DNA from: the human T2T-CHM13v2.0 reference genome, Homo sapiens
Reading direction: 5' to 3' (one strand)
Assembly (NCBI RefSeq): GCF_009914755.1
Contig: NC_060934.1
DNA: 64,000 nt
Position numbers and translations under genes: made by a program. Below are positions 1-12,800 of the stretch, piece after piece; position 1 is the first letter of the stretch; each line of letters begins with the position of its first letter. Below the pieces are notes generated by a model. That model worked only from the letters and a program-made list of their open reading frames with translations, ran no database searches and had not been told where the DNA came from.

Positions 1-654
1 GTTCTGGGATCCTCCCACCATTCCACACCTCCCACGGCCACAGCGTGCAGCTGTGGTCCCAGGGCCTGTATCTGGATGTGGGGGGTGAGGGCTTGAGGCA
101 TGGTGGCCCCATTACTCACAGGTGGGAGGACGCGAGAACAGTCGAGCCGCTCTTAAATATCTCTCCACGTCGTCCTCATTAATAACTGTAATGCCAGCAT
201 CATTTGCTCTTAAATAGCTTCATTTATCAACAAGCAATTTGCCGTGGCGAGGTGGTAGGGACGCAGATAAGCAGACAGGGCCAAAGTGCTTGCAAGACAC
301 CTGCCAAGTACCGTCCTCTCTCTTCCTCCATCTCCCAGGGGAGCAGGAGAAAGAGGAGGCAGCGGCAGGAAACTTAACAGGAGGTGTTCCTCCAACCCAG
401 AGAGGGGCCGCAGGATCACCTTTTTCCAGACTCAGAGGAGCTGGGCAGCACAGGACAGGCTGGCTGCTGGGGAGGCTGGCACTCCCTGGGCCCCGGCGTT
501 TGTGTGGCACTCAGGGAATGCTCTGACAGCTCTTTCAGCCGCGTGCAGGACTGAGAGTCAGGAGGTCAGAGCCCGGCCCTGCTCTGCCATCTCCTGGTGG
601 TGACCTTGGGGGTGCCTTTGGACCACCCACTGTGTCATTTGTAAACATTATCAG

Positions 655-835
655 CAATGCTGGGCATCCTCTATCTTGTTTCTGATCTCAAAAGGACTGT
701 GTCTAAAGTTTTTTTCATTAAGTGCAATGCCTGCTGTAGGTTTTTGGTATATACATTCTGTTGAGTTAAGGATGTTCCCTTCTATTCCTAGTTTGCTGGG
801 GTTTTATTACAAATAGGTGTTGACTTTCTCCTATG
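655..835 (-). mobile_element. Old L1M ORF2-region fragment, apparently within a MIR remnant
   Basis: GGGCATCCT..CTTGTTTCTGATCTC...TTCCCTTCTATTCCTAGTTTGCTG resembles antisense L1M; flanked by MIR-like TGACCTTGGG and TCTGTAAAATGGGG. Confidence 0.6.
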
Positions 836-988
836 CATTGATGTCTGTAAAATGGGGACTTGAATGAGCAACTTACATACAAGTTCATGTACACACTAAA
901 GGGCTGTGTCATTTAGGAGTGTATTGGCTGCAAGTTACAGAAAATTGGCTGGCAGTGGTGTCCACAAATAGGGGTGTGTGTTTTTCTT

Positions 989-1307
989 TCTTTTCGTTTC
1001 TTTTTTCTTTTTTTTTTTTTTTTTTGTGGGACGGAGTCTTGCTCTGTCACCCAGGCTGGAGGGCAGTGGTGCGATCTCGGCTTACGGCAACCTCCGCCTC
1101 CCAGGTTCAAGTGATTCTCCTGCCTCAGCCTCCTGAGTAGCTGGGACTACAGGTATGTGCCACCATGCCCGGCTAATTTTTGTATTTTTAGTAGAGACGG
1201 GGTTTCACCGTGTTAGCCAGCATGGTCTTAATCTCCTGACCTCGTGATCCACCTGCCTCGGCTTCCCAAAGTGCTGGGATCACAGGAGTGAGCCACTGCG
1301 CCTGGCT
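989..1307 (-). mobile_element. AluS (AluSc8-like), full length, with 17-bp TSD
   Basis: Poly-T tail then Alu body. TSD GGGTGTGTGTTTTTCTT at 972-988 and 1308-1324. Sc/Y-type CCGTGTTAG and GACCTCGTGATCC diagnostics. Confidence 0.93.
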
Positions 1308-2454
1308 GGGTGTGTGTTTTTCTTATAAAAAGTGGTCTGAAAGTTGGTGGTTGCAGAGTTGGTTGGCTCAGGGAATGAATGACACCATTAGAGACCTCAG
1401 CTTTTTCTGTCTTTGGCCATCCGTCCTGCATTGACCTTTTGTGCTCAGGCTGCCATGTCTGCGACATTCCAGGCAGGTGCAAGGGAGGAGGAGCTGAAAG
1501 CTCTTTGTTTGAGAGGATATTCCCACCTGCTCCCAAGCCAACTTCCCCTTCCATCTCATTGGCCAGAGTCAGCCAGGGCAGGTGAGGCTGTTTGACTGCC
1601 CCAGCCCAGCAATGATTCATGCCCCGAGGCAGGAGATGGTCCTACCTCCACTGGCTGTCTGAACAGATTGGGGCTGTGTGGGCAGAGAAGCAGTGTGGGG
1701 TGGGATGGGCGTGGTTGCCAGGTAGGCACATCTGCCATTGTGGGTGGTCATGCTGGAGTCCCTTACTCCAGATGGGTGTCATCCTGCCCTCAGGGTGCTC
1801 CAATTCTATGACAAAGCCACATTTGAACAGGAGGTTGTCCAGGCGTCTCAGTCTGAGATGCTCATGCCCAGCTGGCACTTGAGAAGCCACAGAGAAGTCT
1901 GACTTATCTTCCTGGGGGACTAATTTTATTTGCAAATGGATGGAGAAAGAAAAATTTTATATTAAAAGAAGCATCAATATATTATGGAGTAGAAGACAGA
2001 GTTTATGTAGATTTTCAGGTCAGACCCACTTGACCCTAAGCTCCTGGAGCCACGCCTGTCCTGTCATTATGTAGATGTCAGTGACAACTTATTGAATGGA
2101 TAAATGGGAGAATTAAGCTGCGAAGACATTATTAAACACAAGACTCTGAATCAATTTCATCTTTGGGGTCTGCCTCTTTGGGGTCCTTATTTCCAGAGGT
2201 ACTAGTCCCTGTCTCCTCTGCATCTAGGGATGTTTTGATGTGAATTACTGAATGAACAGGTTATTTGGTGGAGACTCTAGGCACTCTGGGATTACAGAGG
2301 AAAGGGAGGCAGAAGAATGAATGTGTGACCATCAGGGAAGGCTTCCTGGAGGGGGTGGGCCTTGAACTGGGAAAGATGGGATGAGAGGAGGGGAGCAGCC
2401 TGGTGCTTTTGTAGCACAGGCCAGCCTAGAGTGGGGGCAGGAGGCGGGGATTAT

Positions 2455-2500
2455 GAGGGGACACATGACAGGGGCTCGAGGGGACACATGACAGGGGCTC
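2455..2500. repeat. Perfect 23-bp tandem duplication (GAGGGGACACATGACAGGGGCTC x2)
   Basis: Read directly: 2455-2477 is identical to 2478-2500. Confidence 0.95.
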
Positions 2501-3265
2501 AGCTGCAAGTAATGTGGCATAAGGTGACATCACTGTCTACCAGGGTTTCCCCAAATATCATCTTACACCAGACCTCCAGCAGAGTAGGACAGGTATCATA
2601 GTCCTCATTTTCTAGATGGGAAACGGAGGCTCAGGCCATAGCCACAGTTGCATGGTCAGTAGGGGGCGCAGCTGGACCTGACCTGGTGTGTCAAACTCCA
2701 GCGCTGTACTCTTGGGCTACTCTTCATTGTCCTAGGCCAGGGTCTCTAGAGACAGACTGAGCTGGAGATTGCTGTGCAGGAGGCTTACGGGGGTGTGCAG
2801 GAGTGAGGGAGCAGGACTGGGCAGAGGGAGAAGTGGAGCTGCAATGCAGCTGCTGGAAAGGCCTCAGCCGACCCTCTGGGGAGCCCTGGGGAGGGGCTGA
2901 TCCCTGCTGAGCAAGAGAGCCAGGCCTTGGTACCTTCCCACCAATCACTCATTGGGCACAGACTGCCCACTGGGAGGGACACAACCCTGGGCCAGGCATA
3001 TGCTCTGTACCCCTTCCCCTGTTGGCCTCCCCCACCTCCCCAAGGTGCATCTAGAACCAGCTGTTTCCCCTGCCTGGAATGGCCTTCTCTGCTCTCTCAC
3101 CTCTCACCTCCAACTCATCCTCCAGGTCCAAGTTCACACGTCATTTCCTTTATCTCTAAAATCTACTGTCAGAGATATAGCAAAGTGCAAGACAGTAGAC
3201 TACTACGTGTGTAAAAAAGAGAAATAAAGTGTATATAAATATATATGAGTGTGTATATGTGTATA

Positions 3266-3395
3266 CAGATGACCCTTGAGCAATGTGGGGGTTAGGGGTG
3301 CTGACCACCACACAGTCAGAAATCCTCATATAACTTTTGACTCCCTGAGAACTTAGCCCAAGCCGTTCAGACCCGTGTTGTTCAAGGGTCAGCTG
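3266..3395. mobile_element. Tigger2-family (MER28/Tigger2a-like) miniature DNA transposon, 130 bp
   Basis: TIRs CAGATGACCCTTGAGCAA and TTGTTCAAGGGTCAGCTG (16/18 match), flanked by TA at 3264-65 and 3396-97. Confidence 0.85.
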
Positions 3396-4789
3396 TACAT
3401 GCACATACATACTTGCTTACATGGACGTGACATAAGCGTGTCTCTAGAAAGAGACATAAGAAACTGCAAACAGCGGTTCTTGCAAAGGGCTGGATGGGTA
3501 GGAGGCTCTGTGTTCCTTTTGAATTTTGAATTATGTAAATTAATGGCATAATAAAATTTAAATGAATCAAATAATTATTAAAAACACAAGTTTAAAAAGA
3601 ATCGTTAAATCATTTGGTGGGGTGGGGCCTAACTGCTCACTTTTCTCCGTATGGCCCTTATCACCATGGTAATGAAATAATTCATGGTGTGGTTATTTAT
3701 TTAGAGTTTGTTTCCACCCCCTGGTTGTAAGTGGTCTTGCCCACCATGGGAACCCCATGCCTAGACACCCTGGTGAGCCTTGGAGGATAACCAGTCATCA
3801 TCCTCAGGCCAGCTACTATTCTCACCTCTCTCCTTCTCCCACCCCATGCATAAAAACAGCCTACTTCCTTCTCATTTTTTGCTTATTAATGCTCTTTATG
3901 ACCACTTATGCATCCAGCCTAGAGGCCCTTGCATAATATATCCACCCTGTGCGTACACCATCATTGCATACATAATATGGCAACATCTGCACTCCTCAGG
4001 CCTTGGCCCCTGCCCCTCTCTGTACCTTTCTGGGAACCTCAGCTATTGTCCACTAGGTACCAACTCTGTGCCCTTCAAGGGGCCAGGCCCTGGGTCATAG
4101 TCAGGCCTGCAGGAGAGTGGGAGATGGACCATCAACAGTTGTTTTGTGTGGCTGAATCTGCCAGTGAGCACAGGCAGCATGGAGGGAAAGTCAGGAGGTG
4201 CCTGGGTGGAAGTGTGGAGGAAAGGCATTTACTAAGAGAAAGGAGGTAAAAGGTTTTCCAGACAGAGGAACTTTGGCCTGGCACCTTCTCCTGAGTACAA
4301 GATGCCGTAAATTTGGGTACAGCTCCTAGAGAAAAAGATGGGAATCTTTCTGCGCAGGAGTGAGGGCTGCCTGCCAATCTTGGACCTGAGTCACTGAGAT
4401 TGGCAGCAGAACCTTTTCTAGTGCTGCCCTGGCCACTTTAACACCCCTTTTCCTGGTCCATCTGACTTGTCAATCATTTCATCCCTCCAAACCGATAGTA
4501 TACCCATGATCCATCTGCTGCATTCTGTTCCCAGCCTTGATTTGTTTGACCCACTCAGAGTTTCTTTAAACATCTGATTGTTAAGACTTAAACATTGAAA
4601 TGTTTCTTGCAAACATGAATTTCCAGTTTTTGTTGATTGCACCTGGCAACAATCAGTGGGAACTGAGAAAGCTCCCTGCCTTAAACGGGACATATGTGCC
4701 CTGCAACTCACTACATTGTTCACCTGAACTTCTTTCTTCATCTTTTTTTCCTACTTATCCCTAGTGGCATTGACTAATTAAATAGCCTG

Positions 4790-5576
4790 AACATGTCTGT
4801 ATCATTCTTGTTCTTAAAAGATATTTTTGCTTAATATGGAATTCTAGGTTGCCATTTACTTTCAGTACTTTGAAGTACCTTTCAGTACTTTCAGTCTATT
4901 GACTTTGGGATCCACTGTGATCATTGAGAAATCACCTGTAAGTTTAAATGTTGGTACCTTGAAGGTAGTCTGTTTTTCTTCTTTGGTTGCCTTTAAAATA
5001 CTCTGTTTTTCTTTGGTATTCTGAAGTTTTACTATGACCTATCTGGGTTTGAATTTCTATTTATTTATCCTGCTGGATTTCATTTGTCTTCTTTAATCTA
5101 TGGAGTTTTTGATTAATTCTGGAACGTTCTCAGCCATTATCTCTTCAAATATTGCATCTGCTCCATTCTTTGCTTCTGGAATCTCAGTTAAATGTAAGTT
5201 AGATCATTTATTGTATCCTCCATTCTTCTTAGCCTTTCTGTTGTATTTTCCATCTCTAACCCCTCTGTGTGGCGTTCTGGGTAATTTCTTCAATTTTACC
5301 TTTCAATTCACTAATTCTCTTTCCAGCTATGTCTAATCCTCTACAAAGCTAATGTGTTTGAAATTCAAATGATCATATTTTGATTCCTAAGGGCTCTATT
5401 TGACCCTTTAAAAATTTTCCTTGGTCTTTACTGGTATTTGCAAGCCTCTCTTTCCATTATTGAAACACAGTAAACATGTTTTACATTCTATGCCTGATAA
5501 TTGTAATATCTGAACTATTTGAGGGCCTGATTATGCCATCTATTTTTTTCTTTAGGTTTTCATTCACAGTGCCTCG

Positions 5577-5622
<46 letters not shown>

Positions 5623-6320
5623 TTTGACTGTGAGCTACTCATTTGGTTGGTTGAGAGAGTGATTCTTTGAGACCTGAGATAAAGGTCAGAGTTCCTCCAG
5701 AGGGAATTTGTATTTGTTTTTCTTAAGCACTTAAGCTCACTACTTGTCTGGGACTACTTTAAATTAAATTCTTCACTTAAGGATTTTAGATACCCAGGCC
5801 GTGTGAATTTGGGCTGCAAATGCAGATGTGGGCCATTAGGGTTACAAATCCTTAAGAGTCACGTTCCCCTCTCTATTCAGCACCACGATTTCAGAGAGTT
5901 CATTTTCTTTTCTTTCTTTTTTTTAAAGACTGGCTTGTGTGGGGGTATGAATTTATTTCTAGTCACTCTGACAATAAGGGGGAGGTTCTTTGGGGTGCCT
6001 GCTTGAGGGGGGTGTTTCCTATTAGACCCCTATGCTGGGTGGGGCAAGATTCTGCCTTAGGCCTTTTCTCCTCTTTTCTGGGCCCCGGGGACTGTAATAA
6101 TGAAAACTTGGGTTTACCTGGTTCTGTAAATGACCCAGCCTCTCTGAGTTTCTTCCTTCATTTAGTATTTGACCTGAGTATTCTTGATTTTTTTATCAGC
6201 TCATTTATTCATTTAATACGTTTAAACACATTTTATCTGCTATTTTCAGTTGTTTGCAAATTTCAAGTTGATCCAGGTACCTACTGCATGTTATTAGAAT
6301 CAGAAATCATGACCACTTAA
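4790..6320 (-). mobile_element. Ancient L1M/L1ME fragments
   Basis: T-rich degenerate sequence with antisense L1 phrases (GAATTCTAGGTTG, GCCATTATCTCTTCAAATATTGC, TTCACTAATTCTCTTTCCAGCT). Boundaries approximate. Confidence 0.6.
5579..5618. repeat. (GT)20 microsatellite
   Basis: Read directly. Confidence 0.97.
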
Positions 6321-6679
6321 ACTATGGCCTATTTGAGAGCAGGATTTTTTTCTATTTATCTTATGACTTTTGTTGATTCTCATTGTCCAGGGTTGTGTCT
6401 GGCACACATACTGAAGCCACATGGTAGGTCCTCCGTAAACGTTAATTGAGTAACAAGTGCCTGAGTAGGTGAGTGAATAATGAGTAGATTAGTTGATAAA
6501 ATGGGAGATCGTCATATTACATAGGAGGAAATTGAGGCCCAAAGAGGCCAAGTAACTTTCCAAAGCTGAACAGTAGTTGATAGCTGAGCCAGGGCTACAC
6601 GAATGAGGGTCATTAGGGACAGCCAGGGCCTGGCTCAGAACAGGCCACCCTGATATCTTATGAATGACTTGGGAAATAA

Positions 6680-6925
6680 TAGTAACGACTGACACTTATT
6701 GAACATGGACTTATGTGTTTGTTAGACACTTTTTAAAGCTTTACATGTATTAATTCTCACAACAAGCTTGTGTAGTAGATACTGTTATTATTCCCATTTT
6801 ACAGATGAGGAAACTGAGGCACAGGGAGGCAAAGTAACTTGTCCAAGGTCACTCAGCTTGTAAAAGTGGCAGATCCAGGATTGAAACACAAGCAAATCTA
6901 GCTGCAGAGCCCACCCTCCCAACTG
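6680..6925 (-). mobile_element. MIR SINE
   Basis: Core CCCATTTTACAGATGAGGAAACTGAGGCACAG...GTAACTTGTCCAAGGTCAC. Confidence 0.85.
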
Positions 6926-6943
6926 CTGTATTAAGAGGGGCTG

Positions 6944-7015
6944 AGATCACACCTCTGCACTCCAGCCTGGACAACAGAGCGAGACTCCATCGCAAAAAAA
7001 ATAAAATAAAATAAA
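6944..7015 (+). mobile_element. Severely 5'-truncated Alu with 11-bp TSD
   Basis: Alu 3' end (GCACTCCAGCCTGGACAACAGAGCGAGACTCC) plus A tail; TSD AAGAGGGGCTG at 6933-6943 and 7016-7026. Confidence 0.9.
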
Positions 7016-8599
7016 AAGAGGGGCTGTAACCAGTCTTGGCTCCCCCACCAACCTGGGTGCCATTCCAGGTAGCCGTGCACCAAATGCATCGATTGGGTGC
7101 TTTAAAGTCAGGCTGGGAGCTCCTCGCGTCATGTGATCACAGATTGAGATTGATTGGTGGAGGTCTGCCCTGAGACCCTCCTTCCACACACTGGCTGGTG
7201 GCATGATGGGGTTGGGGTACTTTGATTACTTTGCAGTGTGGCTGCATCTTGCTTGAACCCCCTTAGACTTCTCCCCCAGTGCTGCTGTCAGTCCAGTGTG
7301 GCTAACTCATCAGCTCCCTCCTCCTGCACACCCCAGGAAACATCAGTCACCTTGAGAGACCCTGAGACATGCAGGCAAGCAAACAGACTTGCACAGCCTT
7401 GGGCACACTGTCGAAATCCAACAAAATGCCCACAGTGACCTTAGCCCCAGACCTGTTTACGAGGTAAGAGCTTCTGTTGAACCAAGGTAGTGGGTGTTGG
7501 TTTGGCCAAGGTGTTTTTGGAGGAGTGAGCTATTTCTTCTCTTTTTGACCTCAGCAGAGGCCATACTCTACGCCCTTCATTTGTAACACAACTAGGAGTA
7601 TCACACTTTAATCCTCTGAGGTTGTTGAGATATTCAGTACAGTTTGTCAGAGGATGAGGGTTTCAGCAAAGTTGGCAGATGGGGGAGACACACATTGGAA
7701 AAGATGAGGTAAAGAGGTCTTCATAGCAACAAAGGAGAGCAGGAGTTTAGCCCCAAATCTGCTCCTGTTTGTGGGGTGTCCAGCAGCCCTCGCCTGCCTC
7801 TTTGAGCAATTGGAGGGCACTTGGTGGGTCTAAGGCCCTGTTCAGCTCTGACGTTCTGCGATTCCCACTGGAACCAGAGGCGAGCCTTCCCCACTCGAGC
7901 ACACGCAGGTCCTGGTGCCAGCAACCCAGGGAGGTCACGTCCAGGGCTTATTGCCCTACTGCGCTGCCCAGCACAGCTTCACAGTGGTGCCGCACCCTGG
8001 AGAGAGGCAGTTTAAGAGGGAGGCCCCAGCTAGAGAGAGCACAGAGCCCAGAGTCCTGCCACAGTCTCCAGGAGTGAAATTACTCGATGTTCAGGAACAG
8101 AGGGCATTGAAAGCCATGGGTGACAGGTGTCACAGGTGGCACAGAGGTGTGTAGGGGCCAATCTCTGGGCAGCCCCTTGGCTAAATGGCAAAGGGAGCTC
8201 TCTGCAGCCTACCCTCAACTTACCCATTCCTGCCTCCTGCCCACCCACATTTACCAGTTCCATGATGTGGGGCCTGAGAGCTTCTAGCTCTGTCTATACT
8301 AGACTGGAAGGGTAGATACTAATTCCAATGGAAAGAGGACATCTGAGGACTCTAGGAGTTTTCCCTCTGCCTAGTTAAAAACCAAACACACCCAACTAAA
8401 GAACATCCATCCCAATTAGGCAGACCCCAGACAGGTCAGGCATTGGGAAAACTGACCCTTACTCTCTTCTCTCTGCCCCTCAAACAAAGACAGCAGGACG
8501 CTCCTTGGGATGTGCTTTGCAGAGATGGAATGGAGTCCTTGGTGTGGCTTTTGACATTACAAGAACCACACTCCTGCAAACACTAGAACCAGGTCACTC

Positions 8600-8800
8600 T
8601 CATTTTTTCATTCATCCATTCATCCATCATTTGTTTAGTAGACATTGACCACAGGCCTGTCTGTGCCAGGCACTCCTCAAGGCTCTGGGTATACAGCAGA
8701 GAACACAGGTCAGAGTTCCTGCCTTCAGGGCGCTCACAGTCACGTGAGAGATGTTGTCCAGAGGATCGAAGGCCAGTAAGGACACAGGGCGGGGTGTGCT
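8600..8800 (-). mobile_element. L2 3' end
   Basis: TTCATCCATTCAT..., TGTGCCAGGCAC, CCTGCCTTCAGGGCGCTCACAGTC. Confidence 0.7.
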
Positions 8801-10384
8801 GCGCTTGGAGTCTGCCGTGGGGGGCTCGTGGCCTCTTCCAGATTGTGGGATTGATTCAGCGCTCCTCTTGTGTTTCCCGGCTTGCCCCTGCCACAGCTTC
8901 TTAGGCAGCAACAAGGCCAAAGAAGTGGGGCAACTTGCCTAGGCTACACAGAAGGGCCGAGAGTGGAACCTCGGCGCCTGACTCCATGTCCAGAAGCCCA
9001 TGCTGTACAGCTGTGGGCACACTACTCAGCAGTGCTGAGCCATAGTTTCCTCATCTGTTAAGAGAGTGTGTAGCCCCCAGACAGCTCATTGCGTGGGGGA
9101 GTGGTGGGGTTGTTGGCAGGGGAATCCCAGAATCGGTGGCCAGGAAAGTATGTGCATTGTGTACATATTTCAAGTTATTATGATTATGATCCCAGGTGCT
9201 CAGGATTTGGCCTGAGTGAAAGCAGCTCAAACTGCCCCTGACCTGCCACCCTTAGAAGCAGAGAGGCCCAGGTTCCCCACCCATGAGGTGGTGACTTGCA
9301 AGCTGGCAGGGATCCGGGCAGAAATCATCTAGGCAGTGTTCTCAGACTCCACACTCATGCATCCCCCTCCACAACAGAGATTCTGTTGAGAACAGCTTGT
9401 TTTTCCTTAACTCATTTGCTCATCTGTCCGTCTGTCCATCCATCCATCCATCTACTCACCCCAAGAAGAGACATGCCTGAGGTAAGAACAGCCAGAAAAG
9501 CCCCTGGCCCAGCATTTCCCCAGTTATTATTTCCCATTCCACTGGCATCCTTTGAGAGGCTCTCGGAATAAAGGGCTTCCTGAACAAATAGATGTGGGGA
9601 AGGCTGTATTTTCTTTACCACCTTGTGGAGCTTCACAGCACACGTTACTGTAATAAAGGCTCTGAGAGATCCTGCAGGAAAGAAACCTGTTCAGATTTTT
9701 TTTCTAATGCAATGTTCCCTAGATCTTTTGGACCAAGGAACGTTTTTTCACAGAGCACCCGTTAGCCTGCCAGGGAATTAATGATTCGCGAAATACACTT
9801 TGGGAAGCATTCCTTTACACACAAAATCCTTTTTTTTAATTATAATAGCGTGCATAGAATATTCATAAGATCTCTTATATACCTACCTGCCTTCTTATAT
9901 AGGGATGACTCATCATTCAGCACTTCCTTGGCCTGTGGTTGAACATATCACCATGAATAGCAATCTATGATGATGCTTTGTCATTTACAAGAGCTAGTGA
10001 AGGGACTCAAATTATTTTAGTTTTCATTTTTCGGAGAATTTTTTGCCTTTCCCTTTTGTGAGCAGCAGAAGCTGTTGTTCATTTGCTTCCTATTATTGTC
10101 CATGCACCTGCTTGGGATTACCATAAATCGCAAGCAGCAAAGTGCCAAGCTCATCATAACTGTGTGTAAAGTACAAGTCAACAGGCTCTGAGTGAGGACT
10201 TGGCCCTATCTCTCTTTTCTGTAATGAGCTTGAAATTTAGTGCATGTATTTTGTGCCATGGCTTTTACCTGCTCAAAGGCCTTTGGGGCTAATTTCCTGC
10301 TTTTTGTCTATGTCTTGGATAACTGGGTGTGTAGGATGTGACTCCAGCAGAGGGAAGGCCTTCTGTGAATCATCTGGGGCTGGT

Positions 10385-10620
10385 ACTGGATAAGAACATT
10401 GTATATGGGGTCAGGCAGTCCTGAATCTTAAATCCTGGCTCTACCTCTTCCTAGCTGTGTGATCTTCGGCAAGTTGCTAAACCTCTCTGTGACTCAGTCT
10501 CCTCATTGGAGTGCGGGAATACCTTCCTCGCGTGTTTGTGGTAAATATTGAATGAGGTTGTGTGTGCAAAGTGCTTAACAGAGTGTCTCCCATACGGTAG
10601 ATGCTCAATAAATAGTGGCA
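10385..10620 (+). mobile_element. MIR SINE
   Basis: CTAGCTGTGTGATCTTCGGCAAGTTGCTAAACCTCTCTGTG...ATGCTCAATAAAT. Confidence 0.8.
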
Positions 10621-11535
10621 AGGCCGGGACTGCGGTGAAGCAAGCTGGCCCCCAGGGCACAGAAATTCAGGAGACATTCTCAGACTTGTGCAAGTACAGG
10701 GGCAGGACCTAAGCGTGAGTGCCTCCTGGGTGCCTGACTTGCCTCATGCTAGTTTCCACCCTGTCTAGCTGGGTCCTGCTACCCCGGCACCCATAACCCC
10801 CAGTTGATCTCAGAGACTGAGTACCTGGAAGGCCTCTGGTAGGATGAGAGAGACCCAGCCCTGCCCCTGTAACTGCCTGCCCACCTGAAAGCAGGTGAGC
10901 CCCATGAGATGAATAAAGGGTGTGTACCCAGGGAGAGAGGAATGGAGAATGAGCCCAGTGAAAAGCCTGAAGGCGCTTGCTCACCTGGGGCCTTCGGAGG
11001 GTGGGAACCACCACGGAGCCCCAGCCCTGCCCCTGAGTGGGGGCAGGGCCTCTGCCAACTGGGCTGGACCCCCACTTCCCTGTCAAAACTTTTAAAAACA
11101 CAAACAGAGGCAAGAACGGCATTTGCATAAATCTCATTAGAAAAAGTGCAAGTTTCATAAATCTTGTGATAAATTAGTGCGATATCATTCTCAACGTGAT
11201 GTATTAATTTTAGGGCAAAATGAATGGTGCTGTGATCATTGTGGGTAATTACGAGTCTCCTCAAAGAGGAAGTGATTTCTGGAGGGACTTTTCTGACCTC
11301 CTTCGCGGCAGGAGGGTGGGAGGAGGGCAGGGCAGAAGGGAGGTTGTCTTGCTCACCTGCTTTTATGATTGCGCCTTTCTTCATTTCTTTTCCTGCTATT
11401 GAAAGGTGAAGACAAGCTGGGTTGGGTCTCTGGCTAAGGGGTGGACAGCAGGGGTACAGGAGGTGATGGAATTTTGAAATCAGGCCTTGAGTCCCAAATT
11501 CCCCAGAGCCAAATTATTTTAGAAAAGAATCTTAA

Positions 11536-11845
11536 GCCGGGCACGGTGGCTCACGCCTGTAATCCCAGCACTTTGGGAGGCTGGGGTGGGAGGATTGCTT
11601 GAGCCCAGGAGTTTGAACCCAGCCTGGGCAACACAACAAGACCTCATCTCTATTAAAAAAAAAAATTGTAAAATTAGCCAGGTGCAGTGGCGCACTTGTA
11701 GTCCTAGCTACTTGGGAGGCTGAGACAGGAGGATCACTTGAGCCCAGGAGTTATGATTGTGCCACTGCACCAGCCCAGGTGACAGAGGTTTTGGAAAAAA
11801 AAAAAAAGAAAGAAAGAAAGAAAGAAGGAAAGAAAGAAAAGAAAA
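11536..11845 (+). mobile_element. AluJ with small right-arm deletion and GAAA-type tail
   Basis: AluJ diagnostics GGAGGATTGCTTGAGCCCAGGAG; A/GAAA tail at 11795-11845. Confidence 0.9.
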
Positions 11846-11887
11846 ATCTTAAATTTCTAGGACCTGGACTCATGGAAACTCTAACTT

Positions 11888-12800
11888 AGGGGTTCTCAAA
11901 AATGTGGTCTCAGACAGGCAGCATTAGTGGCAATTGGGAGCTTGTTAGAAATGCATATTCAGAACCTGAAAGTCTGGGAGGGGCCCATAAATCTGTTTTT
12001 AATAGCTCTCTTGGTAGTTCTGATGCACACTCAAGTTTGAGAATCACTGCTCTAACCGGGTGGTTCTTAACTTGGCTGTACGTGGGAATCATTTGAGGAT
12101 TTATATCAGAATACTGCTGTCTGGGTCCTGCACTAGACCAATTAATTAAGACAGAATCCTTAGTGGTTGGGGCCTGGGCATCCTTATTTTTAGAAGCTCT
12201 CCAGGTGATGCTAATATGAAATCAGGTTGAGATGCATGGCCTCAAAGCCATTAATTAACATCTTTTTAATATTGGGATTGGAAAATTTTGAACATGGGAA
12301 GTGGCAACAAAGCAAAACATTTTTTTTTTTTGCTCCACCTGTGGATTGGCCTAAGCTGAATGTGCCTGGGGTGCCCCCATTGTAGCTGGGTTCCACATGG
12401 GTAAGCACATGGAGAACTGGAAGAGGCTCAGGGAAGCTGGCCTCCCTGGAGGAGTGATTCCCATTCTTGCCTGCCCAGTACATCACCTGGCGATTTAGAA
12501 CTTTCCAAAGCCCAAGCTGGCCCCTAGGTCAGCTAGTCACAACGTTGGGAGTGTGGGATGCAGACACCAGTATTGCTCGAAAGCTCCAGCTGATTCCAGT
12601 GTGCTGACAAGTGTGGGAACTGCTGACCTCTAGGTTTTCCTCCATCACAGTTTCTCAGATATGTCCTGAAGATTGAAGGAACCTCAGAAATCATCAAGAC
12701 CCTGGATATCAACTCCACAGCCCATTGGAATCACTCGAGTGGTTCAGCTTGTTCTTAAATCCCGATGCTTGAGTCCCTCCCTGGAGATCCTGATGTATGT
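11888..12800. mobile_element. Cluster of 3-4 MER5-type (hAT-Charlie) MITEs
   Basis: GGTTCTCAAAAATGTGGTC...CTTGTTAGAAATGCA...AGTTTGAGAATCACTG (11888-12055); further copies at about 12058-12240, 12480-12630 and 12730-12800. Confidence 0.7.

Noticed and set aside
10779-11384. 201-aa minus-strand ORF
   Set aside because: No homology recognised; composition looks random.
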